Below are positions 7,810 to 15,965 of a stretch of DNA of 46,262 nt, piece by piece. How positions within the stretch are numbered: position 1 is the first letter of the stretch; each line of letters opens with the position of its first letter. Both the position numbers and the translations under genes were made by a program. The stretch is from Terriglobia bacterium. GTDB taxonomy: Bacteria; Acidobacteriota; Terriglobia; Terriglobales; Acidobacteriaceae. Location: NCBI GenBank assembly GCA_041485425.1, contig JBGPJK010000001.1:1-46262 (forward strand), read 5' to 3'. The notes below the pieces were generated by a model that ran no database searches, had not been told where the DNA came from, and saw only the letters and a list, made by a program, of their open reading frames with translations.

Positions 7810-9375
7810 ATGAAAGAGTGGATCAGAAAGCATTGGACGACCATAGCCAGGCGATCGCTGCTTGCACCGGCGTTGGCATTGGCGGTAGCGGCATCGTTTG
7901 TAACCTATGAATGCATCAAGCCGGCGGCCGCCACGGCGGCGGTGGCGGCTCCTCCGGCAGCACCGCTGGATGCGGATAGCGTCAGCGCATTGCTGGCGCT
8001 CGACCAGGCGATGGAAACACTGGCCGCGCGGGTTACGCCGGCGGTGGTCAACGTCGCCGTGACTTCCAAGACCAAGCCGGTCTCCGCGCTCAGCGGACAA
8101 GAACCCGATGACGATCAGAGCCAGGATCAGATTCCTCCTGATATCCGCCGCTTCTTCAGTCCGTTCTTCGGGCACCCCATGCAACCTGGCCCGCAGATCG
8201 AGCACGGCATCGGCACCGGGGCGATCATTTCGCCTGATGGCTACATTGTCACCAATGATCACGTGGTACATGGCGCGACCGACATCCGCGTCACTTTGAG
8301 TGACCGGCGCGTACTGCCGGCGAAGCTGATCGGCGCCGATCCGCTCACCGATCTGGCGGTGATCAAGATTCAGGGCACGAATTTTCCCAGCGTTCCCTGG
8401 GGGGACTCGGCCGGGTTGCACCCGGGGCAGACGGTGCTGGCCTTCGGCAACCCACTCGGACTGCGGTTTACGGTGACGCGTGGAATTGTGAGTGCCTTGA
8501 ACCGCGCCAACCCCTACAACGATGATCCGCGCAAGCCCGGCGAGTTCATCCAGACCGACGCCGCCATCAACCCCGGCAATTCCGGCGGGCCGCTGGTGAA
8601 TGCGCGCGGGCAAGTAGTGGGCATCAACACCTTTTTGATCTCGCAGACGGGCGCTTTTTCCGGGATGGGGTTCGCAATTCCCGCGCAGATCGCCCAGCCC
8701 ACGACCGAGACATTGATCAAGTACGGCAAAGTCAGCCACGGCTACATCGGCATCAGCATTAACGATGTCACTCCCGACAACGCCAAGTTCTTCGGCCTCA
8801 AGGAGGCCAGCGGAGCGGTGATTTCGCATGTTGATTCCGATTCTCCCGGCTCCCGCGCGGGGCTGAAAGAGGGAGACGTCATCATCGGGGTGGACGGCCA
8901 GAAAGTGAACGATGCCGGACGTTTGCAAGTCGTGATCGGACAGAAGCAGCCGGGCACCAAGGCCGAACTTGAGGTGATGCGCGATGCCAAGACCATGACC
9001 GTGCCGGTCACCCTGGCCGACATAAGCAAGAGCGACAACGAGCGCGCCAGCACCGGCGAAGAGCACGGCAAGATGCGCTGGGGCATCGGCCTCGCCGATC
9101 TCACGTCCCAACTGCGCCAGCAGATCCAGGCGCCGTCTGATTTGCAGGGCGCGGTGGTGGGCCAAGTCGCGCCCGGCAGTTCCGCCGACAACGCCGGCTT
9201 GCAGCGCGGCGATGTGATCGTGGAAGTGAATCGCAAGCCGATGCACAGCGCCGCCGATGTGAAGGACGCTCTTTCCAACGTGCCCAAGGGACAGGATGCG
9301 CTGTTACTGGTGTGGTCGAATGGCGGCAATACGTTCCGGGTGCTGCATTCGCCGGAAGCTAGTAGCGGGGAATAG
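7810..9375 (+). CDS. HtrA/DegP/DegQ-family periplasmic serine endoprotease with two PDZ domains
   Basis: 521 aa with a signal/TM segment. The catalytic triad context is IVTNDHVV (His), TDLAVIK (Asp) and TDAAINPGNSGGPLVN (Ser). Two PDZ-like segments follow (GAVISHVDSDSPGSRAGLKEGDVIIGVDG and GAVVGQVAPGSSADNAGLQRGDVIVEVN). Confidence 0.92.
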   Translation: MKEWIRKHWTTIARRSLLAPALALAVAASFVTYECIKPAAATAAVAAPPAAPLDADSVSALLALDQAMETLAARVTPAVVNVAVTSKTKPVSALSGQEPDDDQSQDQIPPDIRRFFSPFFGHPMQPGPQIEHGIGTGAIISPDGYIVTNDHVVHGATDIRVTLSDRRVLPAKLIGADPLTDLAVIKIQGTNFPSVPWGDSAGLHPGQTVLAFGNPLGLRFTVTRGIVSALNRANPYNDDPRKPGEFIQTDAAINPGNSGGPLVNARGQVVGINTFLISQTGAFSGMGFAIPAQIAQPTTETLIKYGKVSHGYIGISINDVTPDNAKFFGLKEASGAVISHVDSDSPGSRAGLKEGDVIIGVDGQKVNDAGRLQVVIGQKQPGTKAELEVMRDAKTMTVPVTLADISKSDNERASTGEEHGKMRWGIGLADLTSQLRQQIQAPSDLQGAVVGQVAPGSSADNAGLQRGDVIVEVNRKPMHSAADVKDALSNVPKGQDALLLVWSNGGNTFRVLHSPEASSGE

Positions 9376-9406
9376 TCCGCCAACCCCGCGTTATAACGGA
9401 AAGGAA

Positions 9407-9448
9407 ACGCTGCACTCGCGTGGTCAAGGGACTGCGCCAGTGCAGCGT
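9407..9448. terminator. bidirectional hairpin terminator between convergent genes
   Basis: A perfect 10-bp stem, ACGCTGCACT (9407-9416) with AGTGCAGCGT (9439-9448), has further pairing inside the 22-nt loop. Flanks are T-rich on both strands (gttagtttc on plus, tttcctttcc on minus). It lies between the htrA-like stop (9375) and the minus-strand stop (9450). Confidence 0.55.
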
Positions 9449-9449
9449 G

Positions 9450-10817
9450 TTAGTTTCGATCTCCGAATCTGGTTGCAATCATCAACCCGCTGGGACCGGC
9501 CAGCCGCACGCGCCGCACTTCTCCGAAGCCAACCTCCCGCAGCCAAGCCGTGTATTCCGGTTCACTGTAGCTGCTGCCGGCGCGCGTCCCCACCAGCATG
9601 TTGAGGGCGAACAGGGCGCCAAAGCGAGGCGCGGTCTTGTCCGGCTCCAGGATGAAGTCCTGCACCACCAGCCTGCCGTTCGGCGCCAGAGCCGCGTAGG
9701 CACGGTGGAACAAATCGCGGTTCTCCTCCGGAGAAAACATGTGACAGATGGCGGAGAGCAGAATCAGATCGTAGTCCTCTCCCAAAGGATCATGCAGCAT
9801 GTCGCCCGGCCGCGTGTGCACGCGATCGGAAAGCCCAGCCTTGCGGATGTAATCCCGGGTAAGAGAAAGCACCTCGGAAACATCCAGCACGTCGGCCTGC
9901 AAACCGGGAATGGCTTTCGCGAAGGTGATGGAGTACGCCCCGGATCCGCCTCCCAGGTCCAGCATGCGGCGGAGGCCATCGGTTCCGACCGCTTCGACCA
10001 CCGAGTGGGCACGCTCGCGGGCGTTCCGGTCCATGGCGGCAATGAAGGCTTGGGTCCAACTGCCATCGCGTTTCCCCGTCTGCACCGCAGTTCCCGCGCG
10101 CACACATTCGGTCAGCGTGGACCAGCGCTGCCACAGGTTCGCGGTATGGATCAGGCCGGCACGGGCGTTGTCGCGCGAACCTTCCACAAAAAAGCGGGCG
10201 CTGACCGGCGAGACGTGGAAGCTCCCGTCTTTCTTGTCCAGCAGTTTGAGGCTGGCCAGCGCGTTGAGCAGCATCTCAGTGGCTCGGGGATCGGCCTGAA
10301 TTCTGCCCGCCACCTCTGGCGCCAAAGCGCCCTCGCCCACCGCCGTGAACACGTCCAGTTCCAGCGCCGTCAGCACCGCCCGGCTGCTCATGAACCCGCG
10401 AATGGTTTCGTTCAGATCATCGGGCAGGATGCCTGCTTCGTCGCGCGCCTTCAGCATGGCCAGATAGTGCGCATGATGGTCCTGGATTTCCGCGTTCATC
10501 GCCGGAGCGTCGGTCCATGCCTTGCGCGCCACGATCTTGCCGGAATCGAGGTGTGAGGTCACGATCTCGCGGACGTCCTCGGCTTGGACCTCCCGGTACC
10601 AGGCGCCGTCGGGATAAACGATCATCACCGGCCCGTGGTCGCACAGCCCCAGGCAACCGCTGGTGGTCACATGGACGTCATCCGCCAGTCCGTGGGACTT
10701 CAACTCCCGCTGCAGCGTATCCAGCACGCGCCATGAACCCTTTGCCGGACACGAGGGGACCCCCTCTGGTTTTTCCTGGGTGCAGACGAATACATGAAAG
10801 CGGAACGGTTCCATCAT
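9450..10817 (-). CDS. thioredoxin-like [2Fe-2S] ferredoxin domain fused to a class I SAM-dependent (O-)methyltransferase
   Basis: The N-terminus MMEPFRFHVFVCTQEKPEGVPSCPAKGS...TSGCLGLCDHGPVMIVYPDGAWY carries the four Cys pattern of thioredoxin-like 2Fe-2S ferredoxins. A winged-helix dimerisation-like segment follows, then the SAM motif LDLGGGSGAYSITFA. The start is placed at the ATG-ATG pair (10817/10814). The ORF extends to a GTG at 10883, but that extension looks non-native. Confidence 0.8.
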   Translation of the reverse strand: MMEPFRFHVFVCTQEKPEGVPSCPAKGSWRVLDTLQRELKSHGLADDVHVTTSGCLGLCDHGPVMIVYPDGAWYREVQAEDVREIVTSHLDSGKIVARKAWTDAPAMNAEIQDHHAHYLAMLKARDEAGILPDDLNETIRGFMSSRAVLTALELDVFTAVGEGALAPEVAGRIQADPRATEMLLNALASLKLLDKKDGSFHVSPVSARFFVEGSRDNARAGLIHTANLWQRWSTLTECVRAGTAVQTGKRDGSWTQAFIAAMDRNARERAHSVVEAVGTDGLRRMLDLGGGSGAYSITFAKAIPGLQADVLDVSEVLSLTRDYIRKAGLSDRVHTRPGDMLHDPLGEDYDLILLSAICHMFSPEENRDLFHRAYAALAPNGRLVVQDFILEPDKTAPRFGALFALNMLVGTRAGSSYSEPEYTAWLREVGFGEVRRVRLAGPSGLMIATRFGDRN

Positions 10818-10971
10818 TTCCTCCTGCTGTGGATAACCCCATTCTGCCGTACCCGGGTGGCATCCCGCCGTGACCCCAATCACAGAGCGCTTTCTGGTGT
10901 GCGGACCGGTCTATGCTTTGTCCTTTGAACTTCAGGTCGCGGAATGAGACCTGGTCTTTGTGAGCGCGGGC

Positions 10972-11544
10972 TCAGGACTTGGGCTGGCAGACCGGCACAC
11001 CGTGACTATCATTGGAGATGGCGCACCCGCATTCCATCACCTGTTGCAGCCTGCGGCGAGCGCGATGAAGCCGGATTTTCACGGTTGTCACTCTTACTCC
11101 CAGAAGGTCTGCTATCTCGGGGGCCGTGAGTGAATGGGCTTCGTGCAGGAGGATCACGGCGCGGTAGTGATCCGGCAGGAAATCCAGGCAGCGCTGCACG
11201 CATGCACTCGTTTCCTTCCTTTCGGTGACCTCCAGTACCGACGGAGAAGTCGAAGCTGCCGATTTCACTCGAACGGCGCCCTCCTCGCTGTCCATCGAAA
11301 CCTGCGGCTGGCGCTGGCGTAAGCGATCGAGGCACACGTGGGTGGCAATGCGGTACAGCCAACCGCGAACCGCTTCCGGATCGCGCAGCGAGTCCCGGCC
11401 GCGATACGCACGGAGAAACGTATCCTGGGTCAGATCCTCGGCTTCTGCGGGATTCCTAACCATACGGAGGAGGTAGCGATAGATTCGATCGTGGTAGGTC
11501 TCGAACAACACCCCCGCGTCAATGGTTTCAGCCGCCGGTGGCAT
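10972..11544 (-). CDS. ECF-type RNA polymerase sigma-70 family factor with Cys-rich C-terminal tail
   Basis: Region 2 is FETYHDRIYRYLLRMVRNPAEAEDLTQDTFLRAY. Region 4 is LPDHYRAVILLHEAHSLTAPEIADLLGVRVTTVKIRLHRARRRL. The tail is QQVMECGCAISNDSHGVPVCQPKS. The ATG at 11544 is preferred. An upstream GTG at 11592 is possible. Confidence 0.85.
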   Translation of the reverse strand: MPPAAETIDAGVLFETYHDRIYRYLLRMVRNPAEAEDLTQDTFLRAYRGRDSLRDPEAVRGWLYRIATHVCLDRLRQRQPQVSMDSEEGAVRVKSAASTSPSVLEVTERKETSACVQRCLDFLPDHYRAVILLHEAHSLTAPEIADLLGVRVTTVKIRLHRARRRLQQVMECGCAISNDSHGVPVCQPKS

Positions 11545-11660
11545 CCCACTATTTACTCTCGACAGCTCACGGAAGTCTGCGACGACAATCACGGTTGGGT
11601 GTGACTCGCCGGCACGGGAAAACCGACATGGCGGTGTGTTTCTGTCTTACGCCGTGTCGC

Positions 11661-11990
11661 TCAGCGGTGACCTGCCGTCGCGACTTTCTCTTCTGATGAG
11701 GCAGGCGGTCCGGCGGCGGGGTGCTTACTTTGCATTTCCTTCATCAACGCCTCACGGTCGCACATCTGCTTCATTCGTGGCTCTCCCGGTCGCGCTGTCG
11801 AGATGCCAAACGGTATGTACAGGACGCAGAACCTGACAATGCCGGTCAGCAGGGCCAGCAGGCCGACCACGGCGAGTGCCAGGCCGATGCTGCTCTTGCC
11901 GGTAAGCAACAACAGCCCAGCGACAAAAAGAATCGGACCCAGCGTCACTCGCAAGGCTCTGTCAATCCCACCAACATTACGACGGAACAT
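11661..11990 (-). CDS. DUF2892 (YgaP-like) membrane protein
   Basis: The ATG at 11990 is preceded by AAAGGAG. MFRRNVGGIDRALRVTLGPILFVAGLLLL...GLLALLTGIVRFCVLYIPFGIST is the typical two-helix DUF2892 pattern. The longer ORF to 12107 overlaps the upstream gene and lacks an SD. Confidence 0.65.
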   Translation of the reverse strand: MFRRNVGGIDRALRVTLGPILFVAGLLLLTGKSSIGLALAVVGLLALLTGIVRFCVLYIPFGISTARPGEPRMKQMCDREALMKEMQSKHPAAGPPASSEEKVATAGHR

Positions 11991-12045
11991 GGCTTCACCA
12001 ACTCCTTTCCGTGGCTGCGAACGCGTGTGCCAGAAACCATCCCGC

Positions 12046-12333
12046 TCAGTGGATCTCCACTTCGAGTCCGCCGACCCAGCCCGAGGCCAGGTTGTAGATG
12101 AGAGCACTGATCACTGTGGCGATGCTACCGATAATCCCATACACGATGGGACACAAGATCACGGCGAACAGGCCAATGGCACCCGCAAAAGGCAGGTGCG
12201 CATGAGGGGCAAACGAGACTCCGGCGAGGGCGATCGCACTGCAGAAAACACCGGCGATCAAACCCAAGAGTGCGTACACCACCAGGCCAACCTTGAACGC
12301 AGAAGCGGGACCAATACGCTTGACGACGGCCAT
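12046..12333 (-). CDS. small integral membrane protein (95 aa; DUF3566-like C-terminus)
   Basis: A strong SD (GGAGGAGG) lies upstream of the ATG at 12333. The protein has three hydrophobic helices. The C-terminus YNLASGWVGGLEVEI resembles the DUF3566 ending, from memory. Confidence 0.6.
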   Translation of the reverse strand: MAVVKRIGPASAFKVGLVVYALLGLIAGVFCSAIALAGVSFAPHAHLPFAGAIGLFAVILCPIVYGIIGSIATVISALIYNLASGWVGGLEVEIH

Positions 12334-12425
12334 ATCCTTACCTCCTCCGACCGGGACCAGTGCCCGGTCCTATCCCAAGGACGAAAACGGGAGACAAAAG
12401 GATACGGGGAGGTGACAGGGAACTT

Positions 12426-13799
12426 TCATTCCTCCGGCGGGGTCCGCCATGCGGTCGCACTCTGCACCCCGGGTGCGACTTCCGGGATGACGCCCCGCTC
12501 GCGGTAGATCGGACGCACCGCCTCCCGGATGGCCGGCAAATAGTGTGCGAACCAGCCTGCGCCCAGGATGCAAATCGCGCCCCCGAGGATCAGCGTTTTC
12601 GGCGCGCCGATCCTGCTCGCCAGCGCTCCCGCCAGCAGACTGCCGAACGGGGCCATGCCCATGAACGCCATGGAGTAGAAACTCATCACCCGGCCGCGTT
12701 TGTCCTCGTGCACGATGGTTTGCAGAATCGTGTTGCTGGCGGCCATCTGCTGCATCATGGCTCCACCGGCGATCGGCATCAGCAGCAGCGAGAGCCACAG
12801 CAGGCGGGAGAAGCCAAAGCCGATCAACCCAGCGCCAAAGATCGCCGCCGCGATGGGAAGCACCCCGTCTAGCCCTGCCACGGTTCGACGCGCCGCCAGG
12901 GCCATCGCGCCAATCAGCGCCCCCACCCCGGAGGCGCCCATCAGGAACCCCAAAGTGTGAGGTCCACCGTGCAGCACCGCGCCCGCAAAGATTGGCATGA
13001 GAATGGTGTAAGGCATGCCCACCAGGCTGACCAGCGCGAGCAGCAGAAGAATCGAACGGATCGGCACGGAGCGGGCGGTGTAGCTCCATCCCTCTTTTAC
13101 GTCGTGGAGCACGGCCTGGTTCTTTCTGGCTTGCGGGATGGCCACAATTCTCATGGCCAGCAGCGAGAGGATCACGGCGATGTAGCTGAAACCATCAATC
13201 AGGAAACAATAGCCTTCGCCGACCGCGGCGATCACCACACCGGCAATCGACGGTCCCAGAAGCCGGGCGACATGCACCATGGAGGAATTCAGGGCAATGG
13301 CGTTGCCCAGGTCTTCGCGGTTCTCGATCATCTGGACCACGAAAGCCTGGCGCGCCGGCATGTCGAAGGCATTGATGAAGCCTTGGGCCAGGCTGAGCCA
13401 GATGATGTCCGCGATGGTGATGGTGCCGCGGAGGGCCAGGCCGGCCAACGCGAATGACTGCAGCATGGAGAGAACCTGGGTGATCACCAGGGTGCGATGG
13501 CGGCCCCAGCGGTCCACCCAGACCCCTGCGAAGGGACCTAATATAAAGGTGGGGATCTGTCCGGCGAAACCAACCACTCCCAGCAGGAACGCCGAATGGG
13601 TCAGGCGATACACCAGCCAAGCAGTAGCGATCCGGGTCATCCAGGTGCCAATCAGGGAGATACTCTGGCCGCCGAAGAACAGCCGGTAATTGCGGTAGCG
13701 CAGAGCCCGCAGAACGAACTTCCAGGCCGCGGGGCGCTTGGATTTCACGTCTGCCGCCGCCGCTACCGGTTCGTATTGGCTGAATCTGTTTCCGGGCAT
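12426..13799 (-). CDS. MFS transporter (EntS/MFS_3-like, 12 TM)
   Basis: 457 aa. YRNYRLFFGGQSISLIGTWMTRIA...GPFAGVWVDRWGRHRTL is the typical MFS_3 N-terminus. Hydrophobic helices run throughout. Confidence 0.9.
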   Translation of the reverse strand: MPGNRFSQYEPVAAAADVKSKRPAAWKFVLRALRYRNYRLFFGGQSISLIGTWMTRIATAWLVYRLTHSAFLLGVVGFAGQIPTFILGPFAGVWVDRWGRHRTLVITQVLSMLQSFALAGLALRGTITIADIIWLSLAQGFINAFDMPARQAFVVQMIENREDLGNAIALNSSMVHVARLLGPSIAGVVIAAVGEGYCFLIDGFSYIAVILSLLAMRIVAIPQARKNQAVLHDVKEGWSYTARSVPIRSILLLLALVSLVGMPYTILMPIFAGAVLHGGPHTLGFLMGASGVGALIGAMALAARRTVAGLDGVLPIAAAIFGAGLIGFGFSRLLWLSLLLMPIAGGAMMQQMAASNTILQTIVHEDKRGRVMSFYSMAFMGMAPFGSLLAGALASRIGAPKTLILGGAICILGAGWFAHYLPAIREAVRPIYRERGVIPEVAPGVQSATAWRTPPEE

Positions 13800-14062
13800 G
13801 GAAGAATCTCTTGCTCTTGAATGCCTTCCAATCGTGAAGTGTTTCTCGGGGTTAATCCGGGCCTGATCGCCGTGGCCGTGATACCACCGTCGTCAATGTT
13901 TCACTCCCGCGCATTGCCGGCAGCCTTTCTACCAGCAGCGATGAAGCCACCTGGACCCTCACATCCTAACTGGTCGCTAACGCTATTTCCTGCCGATGAC
14001 AGGCTGGCTGGCGAACCACATGCGGGGCTGTGATGACAGGATGGAGGGGGGGAGCTTTCCAG

Positions 14063-14102
14063 AAAAAAAAGCGGCGCCACCCCCAAACCTGGGAGGCGCC
14101 GC
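14063..14102 (-). terminator. rho-independent terminator of the lactonase-like gene
   Basis: On the minus strand: GCGGCGCC - 16-nt loop - GGCGCCGC, followed directly by T8 (plus-strand A8 at 14063-14070). It lies 34 nt after the stop at 14136. Confidence 0.75.
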
Positions 14103-14135
14103 AATCTGATACTCATTCCGGACAAAACCAGAGTG

Positions 14136-15344
14136 CTACTTCAGAACCGTCGCTAGGCCGTAGGGGAAGTTCCCCGACGGTACTGGCAAAGCAACCGGCG
14201 AGGCCGTCTCGCTCAAGGTGCCGTCGCTGAGCACATTCATTACGTGCAAATTCAAACCAGCAACCACGTACAGGAACTTGCCCGTGGGGTCCAGACGAAG
14301 GTTCGAGGGGCCGCCTCCACCCACTAGCTTAATGGTTTGTAATTCAACCGGGGCCGACGGGTTCGAGGTGTCCACTACCGAGACGTCGAGCGACATGGTA
14401 TTGCCCGAGTACAGGCGGCTCCCGTCGGCATTGATGGCCAGCCAGCAGGGAAGCAGTCCCGAGATAGGCGCTGTGGTGACGAAGGAAAGCATGCCCGTGC
14501 CCGAGCTGTAGCTATATACCGCAATCGCGCTATCGGCGGGCAGTGCTGCAAAAAGGAAATTCTGCGTGGGATGCACCACTTCGCCGAGGAACACGTTAGC
14601 CGTCGGAACGTTCACTGAATTGTTCAACGTCAGCTTCCCGTTCTTTTGGACCCGGTACGAATCGATTTTCGAAGGTACCCCCATGAACTCCTGGACGAAG
14701 GTTAGATGTGCGGTCCCAATCGCCGCCTGGGACGGGGAATCCCCGGTCGGAAATGGCACCTTGGTACCTACATTCGGGCTCATCGTGCCGCTGGAGGACA
14801 CGGTGAAGGTCACTACATTCGGTGCCTTGGAATTGGTCTGTCCGGGATCACTGGACTTATTGACCACCACCAGCAGGCTGCCTCCCCCGCTCAGGACGCC
14901 ATCGAACAATCCCAGGCTAGCCGGTTGTGTGCCCGCCGAAGAAATGGGGAAACCGTTTGGGGTGAGACTCCCATCCGAATTAATCGTGAACGAGGCAACC
15001 GTGTTGCTGCGGCCGTTCACCGCAAACAGCTTGGTGCCCGCTTTGTTGATGATGATCTGTTGGTCGTCGTCGGTTTGGAAACCCAGCGGAAATCCCGGCG
15101 GCGGGATAACACCCGTCCCTCCGGTCGAGTACGGCGATCCGGGCAACAGTGTCAGAGTCCCGGCTCCATCATTGCTATACCCGATCACCGTATTGCCATT
15201 GGCGACCGTACCGATGTTGCTTTCTACGTAGACCGCGTTGATCTGGGCGTGCAGGCTGACCGCCGGACTCATCACCAGCGCCATCAACAGCAGCAGACCC
15301 AGAATGGTTGACCAGCTACCTACTGTCCTGAGAGATTGCTTCAT
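14136..15344 (-). CDS. secreted beta-propeller protein, lactonase (7-bladed, 6-phosphogluconolactonase-like) family
   Basis: 402 aa with a signal peptide (WSTILGLLLLMALVMSPAVSLHA). Blade motifs repeat (LFAVNGRSNTVASFTINSDGSLTP, LYVVAGLNLHVMNVLSDGTLS). The SD AGGGGG lies upstream of the ATG. Confidence 0.7.
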   Translation of the reverse strand: MKQSLRTVGSWSTILGLLLLMALVMSPAVSLHAQINAVYVESNIGTVANGNTVIGYSNDGAGTLTLLPGSPYSTGGTGVIPPPGFPLGFQTDDDQQIIINKAGTKLFAVNGRSNTVASFTINSDGSLTPNGFPISSAGTQPASLGLFDGVLSGGGSLLVVVNKSSDPGQTNSKAPNVVTFTVSSSGTMSPNVGTKVPFPTGDSPSQAAIGTAHLTFVQEFMGVPSKIDSYRVQKNGKLTLNNSVNVPTANVFLGEVVHPTQNFLFAALPADSAIAVYSYSSGTGMLSFVTTAPISGLLPCWLAINADGSRLYSGNTMSLDVSVVDTSNPSAPVELQTIKLVGGGGPSNLRLDPTGKFLYVVAGLNLHVMNVLSDGTLSETASPVALPVPSGNFPYGLATVLK

Positions 15345-15934
15345 TTGTTGCGCCCCCTTTTCGGAAATTCAGAGTTGAAATCCCAGATACCAGCCCCCCG
15401 GGCTAAACGAAGAGAAAAGACGTCGAGTACGGCAAGTGATGCTAGTGGTCGAGCCCAGCCCCCACTGAGGTCCCAAAATCCCGGTTGAGATCAAGGATTT
15501 GCGGTGATCCTGTGCTGGTCCCCCACTGGACCGTAATGGTCCTTGTTAAGTATGTGCTGCACGATCGGTGCCAATTCGAGTTCACGGTGATGGCCTGTTT
15601 TCAGCACAGAACGAGGCTTCGATCTGTGCAGAAGTCCTTAAGCTGCATAAATATGCATAACAGTGAAAGCACACTGCACTCTCCAGAGCCAAGCGCTCGG
15701 AGCCGCCGCTGTCAGAGCCACGAAGCGCTGGCGGCACAGAAAGCTGGAGGGCCCCGTGGGACGCTTGGCGCCACTTGATCTACGTAACCCAGGCGTCGGC
15801 GGATTCCCGCTGCACCCTTGTTGCGGTGTCTGTTTTCGAACACTGCTTCCCACGAACGGACAGTGAGCTCACCTTCCGACCTGGCCCGTTGCTGGCATCT
15901 CCCTAAAGATCAAAGACTTAGTTCTTCTGGTTGC

Positions 15935-15949
15935 TGGCACGACGCTTGC
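15935..15949 (+). promoter_or_regulatory. sigma-54 (RpoN) -24/-12 promoter, exact consensus TGGCAC-N5-TTGC
   Basis: TGGCAC at 15935-15940, gacgc, then TTGC at 15946-15949. It lies in the intergenic region 17 nt before the first ATG (15966) of an operon that ends with a sigma-54 enhancer-binding protein. It is the only full match I found on either strand of the window. Confidence 0.7.
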
Positions 15950-15965
15950 CCTAGCTGATGTTGAG

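Noticed and set aside
7663-9246. A 527-aa ORF on the minus strand opposite the HtrA-like protease.
   Set aside because: It is antisense to a gene with an unambiguous catalytic triad and PDZ domains. It has a low-complexity Arg/Gly/Ala composition, so it is a shadow ORF.
15485-15778. A 97-aa ORF (TTG start) in the long intergenic region upstream of the efflux operon.
   Set aside because: It has no SD, an atypical composition and no motif. The region looks regulatory (AT-rich island, inverted repeats). It remains possible as a small protein, but the sequence alone does not support it.
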